Below, in pieces: positions 1 to 13,848 of a DNA stretch of 64,000 bases (its first letter is position 1; each line of letters opens with the position of its first letter). The notes beneath the pieces were generated by a model. That model had not been told where the DNA came from and did not search any database. It saw only the letters and a list, made by a program, of their open reading frames with translations. This DNA comes from Octopus vulgaris (taxonomy: Eukaryota): positions 75,764,001-75,828,000 of the forward strand of contig OX597822.1 in assembly GCA_951406725.2 (NCBI GenBank), read 5' to 3'. A program made the translations under genes and the position numbers.

Positions 1-34
1 TGTATGTATGTATGTATGTATGTATGTATGTATG

Positions 35-68
<34 letters not shown>

Positions 69-142
69 TGTATGTATGTATGTGTGTATGTATGTGTGTA
101 TGTATGTATGTATGTATGTCTCTCTCTCTTTCTCCCTATATA

Positions 143-196
<54 letters not shown>
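1..196. repeat. (TATG)n/(TA)n microsatellite
   Basis: Tetra- and dinucleotide repeats read directly. Confidence 0.95.
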
Positions 197-197
<1 letters not shown>

Positions 198-454
198 TCA
201 TACGGCTCAAACACACATGCATATATCACATACATCTCTTCTTGTTTGCCTGTTATAGTGTTTATTTCATGAATGTTTATATAAACAAGCATTAAAACAT
301 ACACACACAGGCATGTGTAATGTTTATCACTGACTTCCGAGAAATATACGATGACTATTTTGGCATTTCATGTGTTAATTTTTGTGCAGCTCAGTCTATA
401 CTCTACATTCATATTATACATATATATTTGTTTGTATGGGTGTGTGTATGCGTA

Positions 455-703
455 TAAATGCTGTAGTCTTTCCCCACAACTTACTCTCACACTTTCTTCC
501 TGTTTCTGTTGTACCTGAATTTCAAAGGGCCAGCCTTGTCATACTCCGTGTTACGATGAATCCCCCCCCCCCAAGAACTACGTTAAGGGTACATGTGACT
601 GTGGAATTCTCAGCCACTTGCACGTTAATTTCACGTTGATAGGATCAAGTTGCGTTGATCGGATCAAGTGGAACTGCCGTCCTCGTAACCGACGGAGTAC
701 CAC
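455..703 (+). mobile_element. SINE family C (tRNA-Arg-like head family), 5'-truncated
   Basis: Body and tail match full copies at 30153 and 63108 (tttcaaagggccagccttgtcac...ctacgttaagggtac...ccgacggagt). Confidence 0.85.
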
Positions 704-856
704 GATGTATTGTAACGTTGAGGTCCCGTGTCCAGCAAAGACGGTAACAGAATATATCTTGCATAAGGTTACACATGAGAAGAAGTGCAAAATAACTGTT
801 ATTGCTGTTTTCCTGCATAAGTTTTGAATATATGTTATGTGACACTAAATAGAAAC

Positions 857-1010
857 GATTCCGCCGAAGTCGAATTTGCTTTTCATCCTTCCGGGGTCGA
901 TAAATTAAGTACCAGTTACGCACTGGGTCGATGTAATCGACTTAATCCCTTTGTCTGTCCTTGTTTGTCCTCTCTGTGTTTAGCACCTTGTGGGCAATAA
1001 AAATATAAGA
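857..1010 (+). mobile_element. SINE family B (Meta-domain-like), 5'-truncated
   Basis: gcttttcatccttccggggtcgataaattaagtaccag core and tail shared with the 22221 copy. Confidence 0.85.
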
Positions 1011-1788
1011 AACGATTTCAGTGTGAAATTGTGTGCAGATACTTGAAACAAAATCTGCACACTACACAGTCAATAATCCGTACCAATATTCTTGCTTGGA
1101 GTACTAGAAAGTTTATATCTCACTTTGAAGGAGTGCTACCGTCATGGAATTCAGAACCAAGAATCCCTCTACCAATGTACTATTTACTATAGCAACACAT
1201 ATTAACTAACACCAGATAAAGAATGTAAAATACAAAACCGATGACCCTTGACACATTATTGTTAACAGCGAGAAAATATATTCGAGCAAATACCTTGGCA
1301 AGAACCATGACCATAGTAGACAGCACGATCTGGAATGCCAATATAATTTCATACATAGGCATAAGGATGATGGGAGCAATTGATTTTATCAAATCCACTA
1401 CTTGACTGGTTGTTCACTTTATCGACTTTGGAAAGATGAAACGCAAAGTTAACTTCGATGTTCTCAGAATGTCAAGAGCTGCTTAATACCGCAGGGCTAT
1501 TCGTCCAAATCTGTAACAGTTCTGTCAATTTACCAATACAGATGCGCTGAAGCTAATGGATCATCAGAATATTTATGGAAACATAAAACCAGCAATGGAA
1601 TTGAGCACACGATCTGATATTCTCAACTTCCGCACACACACCAAAAGCTTACATCCACACTTTCGTGTGCGTACACACGCATACTTACGTGCACATAAAT
1701 TATCACTTCTTGATCCAAGCTTTCTATTGGTATCAAAAATGCACATTCAACATTCTATAAATTAAAATGGGAGCAACAGAATATGCAG

Positions 1789-1947
1789 CTGTTGTGTCTG
1801 GGTGAGTCATTTTCTTTTTGTGCCTTATAATTTAACAGAGTCACCGGTAAAATTTCCACTTAAAATAAGAAATAAGTGAAAATTTTACCGGTGAGTGTGT
1901 TAAATTATAAGGTACAAAAAGAAAATGACTCTCCCCAGACACAACAG
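1789..1947. repeat. Fold-back inverted repeat (about 75-bp arms)
   Basis: ctgttgtgtctgggtgagtcattttc... pairs with ...gaaaatgactctccccagacacaacag. Confidence 0.9.
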
Positions 1948-2414
1948 AATATGCTTCAACAAACGAACTCATATAACGAATCTTGCAAACCAAATCCAAA
2001 CACGAAATAGAATATGAAATAATATACCGGAAATAAAATATTGTTGAGTTGGAATTCTTGGAGAAAGATTGTGGATTCATTGTTCATAAACTGCAGATAA
2101 TTATCATCGCTGTGGATTTAACGGCCTGAAGTAACTTCTTAAGATTTGAAATATGAAAGGATGACAAATAGATTAAGACGGACTAGGTTTTTTGTTTTTA
2201 CACAGAAAATGATACTTAAGAAAACAGATTACAAAATTTCAGCAGAGAGAAGCAAAGGATATTTTGATAACAATTGTAAAAAAAAAATATATATATATTT
2301 AAAAAATTGCTCGATACCTAAATCTATATGTAATACCAAAATTTTACTTTCTGTTACTGCTTATATTAAATTCTGTTCTAATATTGAATATGTATATGTT
2401 ATATGTACTACTAC

Positions 2415-2727
2415 GGCACCCCGTCGGATACGACGACGAGGGTTTCAGTTGATCCGATCAATGGAACAGCCTGCTCGTGAAATTAACGCGCAAGTGGTTG
2501 AGTACTCCACAGACACGTGTACCCTTAACGTAGATCTCGGGGAGACTCAGCGTGACACAGTGTGACTCCTTTGAAATACAGATACAACAGAAACAAAGAG
2601 AGAAAGTTAAGGTGAAAGGATACAACAGGGTTCGCACCCCCACCCTACCCCCTGCCGGAGCCTCGCGGAGCTTTAGGTGTTTTCGCTCAATAAACACTCG
2701 CAGCGCCCGGTCTGGAAATCGAAACCG
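2415..2727 (-). mobile_element. SINE family C
   Basis: Reverse complement of the 30153-30537 element. Confidence 0.85.
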
Positions 2728-2766
2728 TAAATACAGGGGAAATACATACATACACATATACAAACG

Positions 2767-2837
<71 letters not shown>

Positions 2838-2861
2838 AATAATATATGCATATATACATAC

Positions 2862-3150
2862 AGTGGAGGCGCAATGGCCTCGCGGTCGTAGGTTCGCGGT
2901 TTCGATTCCCAGACCGGGTGTTGTGAGTGTTTATTGAGCGAAAACACCTAAAAGCTCCACGAAGCTCCGGCAGGGGGTGGTGATCCCTGCTGTATTCTTT
3001 CACCAATCTTTCTCTCGCTCTTTCTTCTGTTGGCCTGCTCGCTTAGCCAGCGGGGTGGCGTCATTCGAAGGCTAAAACAATGCGAACGCATTGTGACCAG
3101 CGATGTGTAGCAACATCTGATGGTCTGGTCGGACACGTGATCACGTGATA
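2862..3150 (+). mobile_element. SINE family C head with alternative 3' module
   Basis: ggaggcgcaatggcc...gtttcgattccc head followed by ggcctgctcgcttagccagcggggtgg...cacgtgatcacgtg tail, also seen at 30020 and 31641. Confidence 0.8.
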
Positions 3151-3829
3151 TACATACATATATGTACATACATACATATACGAATATGTGGTATCAACTA
3201 ATAGTTCTAATGTGGTTTAAAGTAACTTCACTAATAAATTTCGTATCAATAAGAAAGTACATTCATTTCAAAACCTCAATCAGACTGTAACTCACCCTCT
3301 AATTTAATACGGTTATTAAAAATTATTAAGAACACAACGAAACCCGTGCAAACACAGGACAATCATGAAATTTCCTTTTGCAAAAGTGTCAATTTTTAAC
3401 AACCATTAGGAAACAATGCTTCCAGACATAATTCTTCGAGACTTCCAATGTTGTTAAAGGACTCTATTTTAAATTAATACCAGCATTAATTAAAATGTTG
3501 AAATTCTAGCTAAACCTAGCTAAATTGTTGTAATTTGAAGACGTATAAGCACATACATACTTTTAATCTTAACTATACACCTATAGCTCGCTTGAAAACA
3601 TCTTTCAGACCAGGAATATATTTCCTATCAACTCTGTCACATTCTAAGTCTTTTTTCTTACTTTCTTTCTCTTTCTGGTCGCGTAAAATCTTCTTATTTG
3701 ATTTTCGTATTTTTATATTATTTGCAAAAGTTTGAAAGTTTGTGTGTGTATAGATATTGGGACTAAAACATCGATGTATGAATACGCAATGTATGCGTAA
3801 ATATGTATTCATATATACATACATAAATA

Positions 3830-3939
3830 TATGTGTGTGTATGTGTGTGTATATATCTATACATATATGTATGTCTGTACACACAGATGCAAACAGAAAC
3901 ATACAAACACGTAGCATATACATACATACACTTACATAC

Positions 3940-3972
<33 letters not shown>

Positions 3973-4175
3973 CATACATACACACATACATATCTACATA
4001 AATGCAAATATATATATATAATACATGTATGTGTATATATATATATATGTATGCATATTTCTATAAATATATGTATATATCTATGAATACATACATACAT
4101 ACATATATATATGTATATATATATATATGCATATTTCTATAAATATATGTCTATATCTATGAATACATACATACG

Positions 4176-4211
<36 letters not shown>

Positions 4212-4371
4212 CATAGACACACACATATATATATATGCTCAAATGCATATATTTTTTTCATATATTCTCTATTCCCAGTAGCAATATAAGCACAAACTTG
4301 CAAATGAAAGATTGATATAAGACAAGATGTCATTTTTTTTTTGCTGTGGAAGTATATATGTATATATATAT

Positions 4372-4445
<74 letters not shown>

Positions 4446-4667
4446 TATGAGCGTATGCACCATTGTATGTACACAAATGCTCATAGGTATATGTGTTGCT
4501 GCCTGGAAATACGATATATGACTTCTAATATGTGAATATGGTCTTGAATATATGAGAATATATTCAAGTGTACGTCAGACTAGCTGTCAATGCTTCTTTT
4601 AGTATATGTACACCTGGTCAACTTTATACACAAAAACATACACATAAATTCATTTGCATATGTATGC

Positions 4668-4714
<47 letters not shown>

Positions 4715-4927
4715 TATATGTAACTATATGTCTATATATGTATGTATATATACATATATGCATGTATAAATATATATGTATATATATAAACATATATATG
4801 TAACTATGTGTCTATATATGTATATATACATATATACATGTATAAATATATATATTTACATATATATATACTTGTATAAATATATATATACATATATATA
4901 TGTTTATATATACGTTTATATATGTAA

Positions 4928-4985
<58 letters not shown>

Positions 4986-5878
4986 AGATATATAAACACA
5001 TCTACAAAACCAGTACACCTACGGAGTTGTGTGTACGTATAATCCTATTATCTATGTATATCTATAACTATATATGTATGGTTTTATATTACATATATAC
5101 ATGTATATATATATATGTATATACATATATATACACATATATAAGCATATATATATATATACATACATACACACATATATATATATACATATATATATAC
5201 ACATACATATGCATATATATACATATACATACATACATATATATATATAAATATATATACATATACGTATATATATATACATATATATATGTTTATATAT
5301 TTATATATATGCATATATATACAATATATATATATATGTATATATACAATATATATGTATATATATACATACATATATATATGTATGTATGTATGCATAT
5401 ATATGCATATATATACATATGTATACAATATATATATATATACATAAATAAATATATACATATATACATATACATACATATACACACATACATATATATA
5501 TGTTTGTGTGTGCGTTTGTATGTATATTCATATACATTTTAATCCGAGATGTGGGTACATTTTACATTAATGTATTTAACATATATTTTTTCAAATACAA
5601 GTTTTCCCAGGTATGTCTCTGAGTCATCCGTTTACATATATTAATCTCTCGGTATATTTTTTCACTTTCATTCAGGTATGTCCATATATGCTACGATATG
5701 TGTGTGTGTATGTTTTATGCGTCTCTCTGTTTATACAAACACAAAATATGTATGTATATATATATATATATATATATATTCTCATATACGTATATCTATC
5801 TGTTTCTCTATATTTATTTATTTATTTATCTATCGGTTTCACCGTCTCTCCCTTTTCATCTTCCTTACTTTATATACA

Positions 5879-5944
<66 letters not shown>

Positions 5945-6068
5945 TATTTACACATATACACACATACACATTTATGAATATATATATCATATATATATAT
6001 ATATATGCATTTATAAATATATATATATATATGCACATACACAAATTTACATCCGTGCATTTATATTG

Positions 6069-6102
<34 letters not shown>

Positions 6103-6115
6103 TGCGCACACACAC
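3830..6115. repeat. Compound (TA)/(CA)/(TG) microsatellite field with short internal duplications
   Basis: Low-complexity dinucleotide mosaics; duplicated units at about 4053/4129 and 4709/4791. Confidence 0.9.
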
Positions 6116-6625
6116 ATTTCTTCGTCCTCTGGCAATTATAGCTTTATAGCAGCATTATGTTTTCAATGTAGAACTGATAATGTACATGACATTTTAACGA
6201 ACGAGCTATGCTAAGTTACTTTTATTTACATCCCCTCAATACCATTCATCTGCAGCCGTATGTAAGAATATAGTTGACGCGAAAATATAAATTTAAACTG
6301 CACTCCATGTCAAACATCATATTAAATGTTTGCTTTATTCCTAACATCATCCGTTTTTGAAGCATTCATAACGCTTCTCGACTCATTTGTTTTATATTTT
6401 ATCATGTTGTCTCTCCAGCAGATGTATATAATGTGATTTATCATTACTGGCGTGGCTGGGTGGTTAAGAACCTCAGTCTACCTCTATGTGCTTTCAGTTT
6501 CAAATTTCATTGTCTGGCTCACTTCTGAATATGCACTCTCTGGGATAAGCGTCCTCTATTATAGCTCAGAGCTGGCTAATTCCTCAACATTGAATTTGAA
6601 GCAAAGAAACTGTTTGAAGCCTGTC

Positions 6626-6779
6626 ATAGGTGCAGGAGTGGCTGTATGGGAAGAAGATTGCTTCCCTTCCACATGGTTCCAGGTTCAGTCCTTGGACAAA
6701 TGTCTTCTACTATAGATTCAAGCCGACCAAAGCCCTGTGAGTGGATTTGGTAGGCAGAAACTAAAAGAAGCCCGTCGTA

Positions 6780-6868
<89 letters not shown>

Positions 6869-7027
6869 TTGTGTGTCTGTGTTTGTCCCCCACCACCATC
6901 GCTTGACAACCGTTGCTTGTGTGTTTATGTCCCCGTAACATAACGGTTCGGCAAAAGTGATCGATAGAATAAGTAAAGGCGGTGTTCCAGTATGGCCGCA
7001 GTCAAATGACTGAAACAAGTAAAAGAA
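6626..7027 (+). mobile_element. SINE family A (tRNA head, CORE-like segment, internal (TA)n(TG)n)
   Basis: ggtgcaggagtggctg head, ccttggacaaatgtcttctac CORE-like segment, tail gcagtcaaatgactgaaacaagtaaaag. Confidence 0.85.
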
Positions 7028-7273
7028 CATATATATATGTGTGTGTGTGTATGTGTGTACGTACGTATGTATGTATACACGTTTTTATCCAAAACGGAGG
7101 CGTACACCATTCCTCCATGTGATCAGCTTGAAAAATTGTTAAGGTATTAAGATATTTTTCTTAACATGAAACTAATGGTAGCCTTCACACACAAATAAGG
7201 AAATGTTATCCACCAATGCAGTGTGGAGCACTCATTTTCATCGATCGATATTTACGTATATATGTGCACACAT

Positions 7274-7322
<49 letters not shown>

Positions 7323-7434
7323 TACACACACACACACACACATATATGTATATGAAGATGAAGATAATAAGGGTAGAAAATTAAGAGAAATATTCTACCG
7401 GTGGCCAGAATGCGTAATAAAGTCAATAGACAAC

Positions 7435-7965
7435 ATATATTTCATACAAATTCGTGTATCTTTTTATACACAAAAGTGGTGACTTTAGCAGGACACCTTA
7501 CATGCTAAAGAGGACAGTTAAAACCCAAACTACGAATAAGAGAAATTTCAAAGGGAATGAAAAATAAAAACATTTCAATGGTTATCCTTATACTTGAGTT
7601 TCAACATCGATGTACAAATATAATAAGTTGCCATCCGTGCTTCTTCAGTAAGGGCACTAAAATTAGTTTATATTAATGCAACCCTGAAGACACACCTATA
7701 CAATATGATTTTTCATATCCACCGGCCAAGTGCAGCTACAATCGGCAGCAAATAATAATACGGATTAAAACTGCGCACCAAAGTTCTTCAAAATTACAGA
7801 GTATAAGGGTAACTATTGAAATGATTTGTTTTAATTATTTTTTCATTCCCTTTGAAATTATTTATTCGTGGTTTGGGCTTTAAATGCCCTTTCCAGCATG
7901 TAAGGTGTTCTGTTAAAATCAACTCTTTTGTATATAAAAATGTACCCTAATTTATATGAAATATA
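7435..7965. mobile_element. Fold-back element with about 165-bp inverted arms and an internal hammerhead (Penelope-like terminus)
   Basis: Arm 7435-7595 is the reverse complement of 7801-7965; part of the arm recurs at 25955-26040. Confidence 0.7.
7586..7653 (-). ncRNA. Minimal type I hammerhead ribozyme
   Basis: Minus strand: cctta-CTGAAGA-agcacggatg...catcgatgtt-GAAA-ctcaag-TA-taagg; stem I cctta/taagg; GUA cleavage triplet. Confidence 0.7.
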
Positions 7966-7985
7966 TATATATGTATATGTATGTT

Positions 7986-8048
<63 letters not shown>

Positions 8049-8100
8049 CATAAATATACATACATATATATATATATTTATTTATTTTAGTGATAACAAA

Positions 8101-8345
8101 GTAGATTTCGAACGCAGTAAAGTTGCGTAGGAAAAATAAAAGTTGCCAGTAGGCGGCTACAGAGATCGAACTTGTACTCCTCAGATCCTGGCCTTTCTAA
8201 TGGTAGAGCACTGAGCTGGTATGTGAGAAGTATAGGTTCCATTCCCTCAGACGTCTGTTGGCAACTATTTTTTTTTCCGTTTTATAATGGTAAATACTCA
8301 TATGCTCTCTGCTGTTATTACAGCTTTAGTGCGTTCGAAAATTAC
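8101..8345. mobile_element. Inverted pair of tRNA-like/SINE-like heads
   Basis: 8101-8125 vs 8321-8345 and 8137-8182 vs 8224-8269 are reverse complements; A-box and B-box-like words are present. Confidence 0.6.
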
Positions 8346-8529
8346 TTCTTTTCTATAAAACACCAAACATATTGGACGCTTCCAAATTTTGTGAGTGTGT
8401 CTGTGTGTATATATGTGTGTGTGTGTGTGTATAAGCGCAGGAGTATACACATATATATATATACACATATATATATATACATATATATATATATACACAC
8501 ATATATATACATATATATAATATATGTAT

Positions 8530-8752
8530 GTATGTATATAGTTGTGTGTTTGTTTGTCCCCCCTCCACCATCGATTGGCAACATGTTCGTGAGTTTATGA
8601 CCCTGTAACTTAGCAGTTCGGCAAAAGAGGCCGATAGAATAATTACCAGGCTTACAAAGAACAAGTGCAGGGGTCGATTTCTTCGAATAAAAAGAGGGTC
8701 CTCCAGCATGGCAACAGTCAAAATGACTGAAACAAGTTAAAGAATAAAAGAA
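8530..8752 (+). mobile_element. SINE family A, 3' half
   Basis: gtttgtccccc...ttagcagttcggcaaaagag...gactgaaacaag. Confidence 0.8.
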
Positions 8753-8859
8753 TATATAGATTACTCTTCCGTTAACATGAGATCAACAAAAAAAATTGCT
8801 CTATCAAGTGAGAGATTGTTTTCGCTTAAAGTACACAGTATGATGATATGAGCTACTAA

Positions 8860-9225
8860 TAGTTTCTTACTTGGAGATATGGATCTAGGCAGTGTTTTAT
8901 AACGCCTTGAGCCACCAAGCAATCTCAAGCACTGAGAACATGGTCTATTAAATTTACAAATCAGAACGCTGGTATAAGTGTCTTTACATTGTCGATGGCT
9001 AGCCACGTATGGGATTTGAAGATCAATCGTATACTACACACAATCAAGTGGAGATTCGTAGAGAAATCCATGCCATTTGTTAATAGATATAAGAAGTGCA
9101 ACTCATGCGTAGCTGACAGATCACTTATTCTTTTAAGATCCAAGAACTCTACCTCACCGCTGAATTCCAGAACCTAAATGTTCAGTGTAATATCACATGT
9201 GGACAAATTTCTTTTGGCGAAATGC
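8860..9225 (+). pseudogene. Penelope-like element GIY-YIG endonuclease C-terminal remnant
   Basis: SHVWDLK...IKWRFVEKSMPF...KKCNSC...LNSRT*MFS...H..KFLL fits the PLE C-terminal pattern (IWxLK, IKW, CxLC, LNKRSE, H..KF); contains stops. Confidence 0.65.
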
Positions 9226-9484
9226 AAGGCACCACCTTCTATCCTCTGAGAAGCTGTCTCGCAAGCTTTGGACCTCTTTCTGTTGAATCACATCCCTACC
9301 ATAGCTTCACAACCGGTCTTGATGTGCTTATGTCCTAGCAACATAGCGGTTTGGCTAATCGTTGAGAGAACGTTGGTGTTACCTTGGCGGAGATTTGTGC
9401 TCTCTCAGTACTCTTGTTTATGTATAAAATACTAAAATTAGCCGTCACTTTTGACGGCACGGGGCCAGCTAGTACATATAATAT

Positions 9485-9950
9485 ATAGGCGCAGTCGTGA
9501 CTGTAGGACTGTTGTAAGAAGCTTGCTTCCCAATAACATGTTTCCAGATTCAGTCTCCTTACGTGGTTTCCAGATTCAGTCTCCTTACGTGGTTTCCAGA
9601 TTCAGTCTTTTTAAGTGCGCAAATGTCTTCTACTGTAGACCAAAGAATTGTGAGTTAATTTGGTAGACTGAAACTAAAAGAAGCCTGTCAAATATATACG
9701 TGTGCGTGTGTGTGTCTGTGTGTATGCGTGTGTCTTTTCGTCTGTATTTGTCTCCCACCAATCCTTGAGAACAGATGTTAAATTTGCTCACGTCCTCCTA
9801 GCGTAGCGGTTCGGCATAAAGAAACATTTAGAATAAGAACCAAGCTTAGAAAAAGCCTAGGGATCAAATCATTCGACAAAAAGCTCTGCAAGGCGGTGCC
9901 CCAGCATGGCCACAATTTGATGAATGAAGCAGGTAAAAAATAAAGGAAAA
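9485..9950 (+). mobile_element. SINE family A, diverged, with 26-bp internal tandem repeat
   Basis: Head, body and tail recognisable; tttccagattcagtctccttacgtgg repeated about 2.6 times at 9541-9610. Confidence 0.75.
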
Positions 9951-10640
9951 AGTGTCTTATATGTATATATCACTATCTAACGTAGTTATAGATATATATA
10001 ACTATGTTATTATTTGAGTATTTATATCTGACAGTTGCCACGATACTTGAATACAATAAGTAGTTTAATTTAACTCCCATGAGGACTTTTAATCATCTGT
10101 CTTCTATCAAAATATCGTTTGTGTTGAAAGGTAAATTTGAACTTCAACACATCTGTATTCTCGTATATTATATTCAATAGCAGCTCTATGGCAAACATCA
10201 TTTACTTCTAACACATTCGCAGCCTTCCTTCATATTTTGTTCTTCACCTTCTTTCCAACACTTATATTCGAAAATATGTATAACTTTGGCTGTAATAGTC
10301 AAACAAGGGTTATTATATATAGTTATTAGAAAGTGTGCACACATTAACACTTGCACAAACGGACACATAAATATATTGACAAGGGAACAATAATTACGAA
10401 ACCATGTTCATAAGCGTGTAGTTGTTTCTGCTAGGAGTTGCAGTGTGCCCAAGATATGTTTTAAATGCTCCAAGGAAGCTATGAGGTAATGCACAATTAC
10501 TTAGTTCTGGCTGTACTGTATCGTAACAGAGACAGATGTAAGCTAATGGCGTTAATAATGTAATTTCTGTTCCCTTGACATTTATATAATTTTGTTTTAC
10601 ACTCTGTACTCGCCTAACCCTTGATTCTCAAGGATATATA

Positions 10641-10700
<60 letters not shown>

Positions 10701-10784
10701 CATATATGTACACACATACATATGTATACATATATGTATGCACTTATATATACATACAGATATATATAGATATATAGATATATA

Positions 10785-10841
<57 letters not shown>

Positions 10842-10897
10842 ATACATGTATATATAGTTCTGGCACCAGGTTGTATATATGTACGTACACGTGTTTC

Positions 10898-11225
10898 TGG
10901 AGGCGTGTGGCTTAGTGGTTATGGAATTAGGCTCCCGATCGCAAGGCCATGATTTCAATTCCCGGCGACGCGTTATGTCCTTCAACACCAGGCTATATTT
11001 CATTTTACTCCAGGGCACTCAGCTGGCAAAGTTGGCTAATACCTGTATTTCAAAGGGCCAGCATTGTCACACACGCTCTGTGTCAGGCTGAATCTTCTTG
11101 AGAACTATGTTAAGAGTTACGCACGTCTGTGGAATACTCAGCCACTTGCACGTTAATTTCACGAGCAAAATTTCCCGTTGATCTGGTCGACTGGAACCCT
11201 CATCGTCGCCACCGACGGAGAGTCA
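10898..11225 (+). mobile_element. Chimeric SINE: V-like-family head plus family C tail
   Basis: Head matches the 42335(-) element (ggcgtgtggcttagtggtt...cactcagctggcaaa); tail matches family C. Confidence 0.7.
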
Positions 11226-11317
11226 GTATTGTGTGTGCGTGTGTGTGTACGCGCGCGCGTGTGTATCTGTGTATGTCTGTGTGTGGAAAATGTGCTTCAG
11301 AACATAGATATATTATT

Positions 11318-11525
11318 CTTTCCTCGTTGACTTCTTTCAGTAATTGCACTGTGACCATGCTAGAATACCGCCTTTTTGAGTTTACCCGAATAAATCGGTC
11401 CAAGAAGTTAGTTTTAAAATCGGACATTTATGCGATCGGTCTCTTATCACAAGTACTAACTTATGAGGACGAAAACTGACCAACACCATTTGCCAAGCGG
11501 TGGCAATGGTCAAACATATAACACA
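11318..11525 (-). mobile_element. SINE family A 3' part, degraded
   Basis: Reverse complement of the family A tail (tttcagtaattgcactgtgaccatgctagaataccgcc). Confidence 0.6.
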
Positions 11526-11639
11526 AAGAAACACGTTTTTATAGCTGTAGCTGTTGTGCTTCAAGAACTAATATTTCAACTGAGAAATATTATTTCACGT
11601 TCTTTCAAAAGTTTACAAAATCCGAGCATATGCACGCAC

Positions 11640-11660
11640 ACACACACACAAGCACATATT

Positions 11661-11726
<66 letters not shown>

Positions 11727-11848
11727 TATATTTATGTATATATTTATATGTATAAATATATATATACACATATATTTATATGTATAAATATATATATATA
11801 TACATACATATATTCACATATATATGTATATATTTATATGTGTATATA

Positions 11849-11881
<33 letters not shown>

Positions 11882-11964
11882 TACACATACATACACACAC
11901 ACATATATACATATATACACACATATCCTCCAGGCAGAAGGCTCACGAACAGATGTTTGAATAA

Positions 11965-12004
<40 letters not shown>

Positions 12005-12010
12005 TGTATA

Positions 12011-12043
<33 letters not shown>

Positions 12044-12052
12044 GCATGTATA

Positions 12053-12098
<46 letters not shown>

Positions 12099-12115
12099 TG
12101 TATGTATATGTATAA
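11640..12115. repeat. (TA)n compound microsatellite
   Basis: Read directly. Confidence 0.9.
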
Positions 12116-13848
12116 ATGCTTTTTTAATGGCTAATATGTGTCCTCTACGCCATAATTGTTTTAGATTCATCACAGTCTCACATCAATCACTTGTGTGTGT
12201 GCGCACGCGCGTGCGTGAGCGTGTGTATGTGTGCAAAGAAGAATAGTAAAGATGGTATTATATTTATTCCATTTTTTACAGTTATTTCAGCTATGTGTTG
12301 GCGATAAGTCAGACATCATATATGTAGATACGGATGAGTCAAGTTCATTATATAATATGTATTACATAATAGCCCCCACAATCATGTAATCATAACCGAA
12401 CGAATGAATATAATACAAAACAAAATTGGTCATTTTAATACGGGGAAAATGTCACTACAGAAAGGAATGAATAGACAGGTCACTTGTTTGTTTTAGTTTA
12501 TAATTAGATACGCTACATTCATCAATTAGCAGTCATTCATCTCCTTATTCATAGAAATAGATTTAGAAAGTGGTTTTTCAGTAAATCACTACAAAACAAT
12601 TGAGTTTCAAATATCACGGTCAACAAGAGTGATAAATGAAAGTTAAGGTACAGACATAGTCTCGGGTAAAGATTGAAACGATTCTATTTGTTACATAGCT
12701 ACATATACGTACTACTTACATACAGAGATACACCGCATACATACTTATGTACGCCGGTGTATATAAGCAGTCACCGCATAAATAAATTCAATTAATTTTT
12801 TTCGCGTGCAGAACTATCGCAAATTATATTGCGTAAGCAGTCAATGTAAGTATGAAGAGTTAAGCGTTTATGGTTCAGGGCTCGTGACAAAGACCAAAAT
12901 GGCGACTGACCATCAACGTCTTTTTATTGATTTTTTATTATAGCGGAAACAATAAAACCTCTACAAGAATAGCATAAGAAAATTGATAGTAATAATTATT
13001 AAGAAAAGTATAGTCCTTTCTGACTGCTTTACAAAGCTGTGATTTACGCCAGACAGTATATAATCTGTTTGTGAATGCCATATAAATGATTAACGTGTTC
13101 GGAGATAATAGGTTTATCTTGATTCAAAGGAAGATTAAGAATTGATCATTTCAGTTGTGAAGTGACATACCATTTTTATTGACATATATTGATTTTGTTG
13201 AAAATTTAATTTATGAATTTATTGAAAACATTAGACGCGTTTCTTTCATTGAGTCTATCTTAAAAAGAATATTTTTATAAATTGGTTACAAATTTATTTA
13301 TTTTGTTAGCGTTTAGTCAGTAAGAAAGTGAAGTACTACTCATGAAACTGCTGGCTTCCGTGATGAGTGGGAGGCAGTAGAGAGGTGCTCCTCAACCTGA
13401 TTAACCAGTCCGAATAGTTGCTAAAAATCGGGTGGATCTCTACTAAAACCACTTAAGGGTTAGGTCTAACTCGAGTCTACAAGTTGGATCTTCAAGTTAA
13501 ACTGACAGTAGAAGAGTTCCCCACTAAACGGATCACTAATCCTTCCTCGCTAGTTTAATCACATTGATTTTGTCTTTTTTTTTTTTTTGGTACTCAGTTT
13601 CAGCTTAGCGGGTCAAACAAAAGGAAATGAAATACTCAGGTGAATGATTCAACATAACACGCGGTCGAGTCAAGTACAAAACTAATGGCTCAACAATCGT
13701 TAGCTCAAAACCCAATACAAATGGCCCGGCACACCTTCAAAAGCATGATGACGTTGTTCAGCAGGACGACAAATTGATTCTGTGTGCCAACAGGTGAGTC
13801 GTAAGAGACTGACTCGACCAAAATACATACATATTACATGCATACAAA

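Noticed and set aside
1020-1380. Possible old RT fragment (KYLG) and a small hairpin at 1031-1062
   Set aside because: A single short motif with no supporting RT blocks.
9240-9275. Possible hammerhead after the Penelope endonuclease remnant
   Set aside because: Both core halves are too damaged to support a call.
9541-9610. 26-bp direct repeats resembling a CRISPR array
   Set aside because: No spacers; it is a tandem slippage inside a SINE in eukaryotic DNA.
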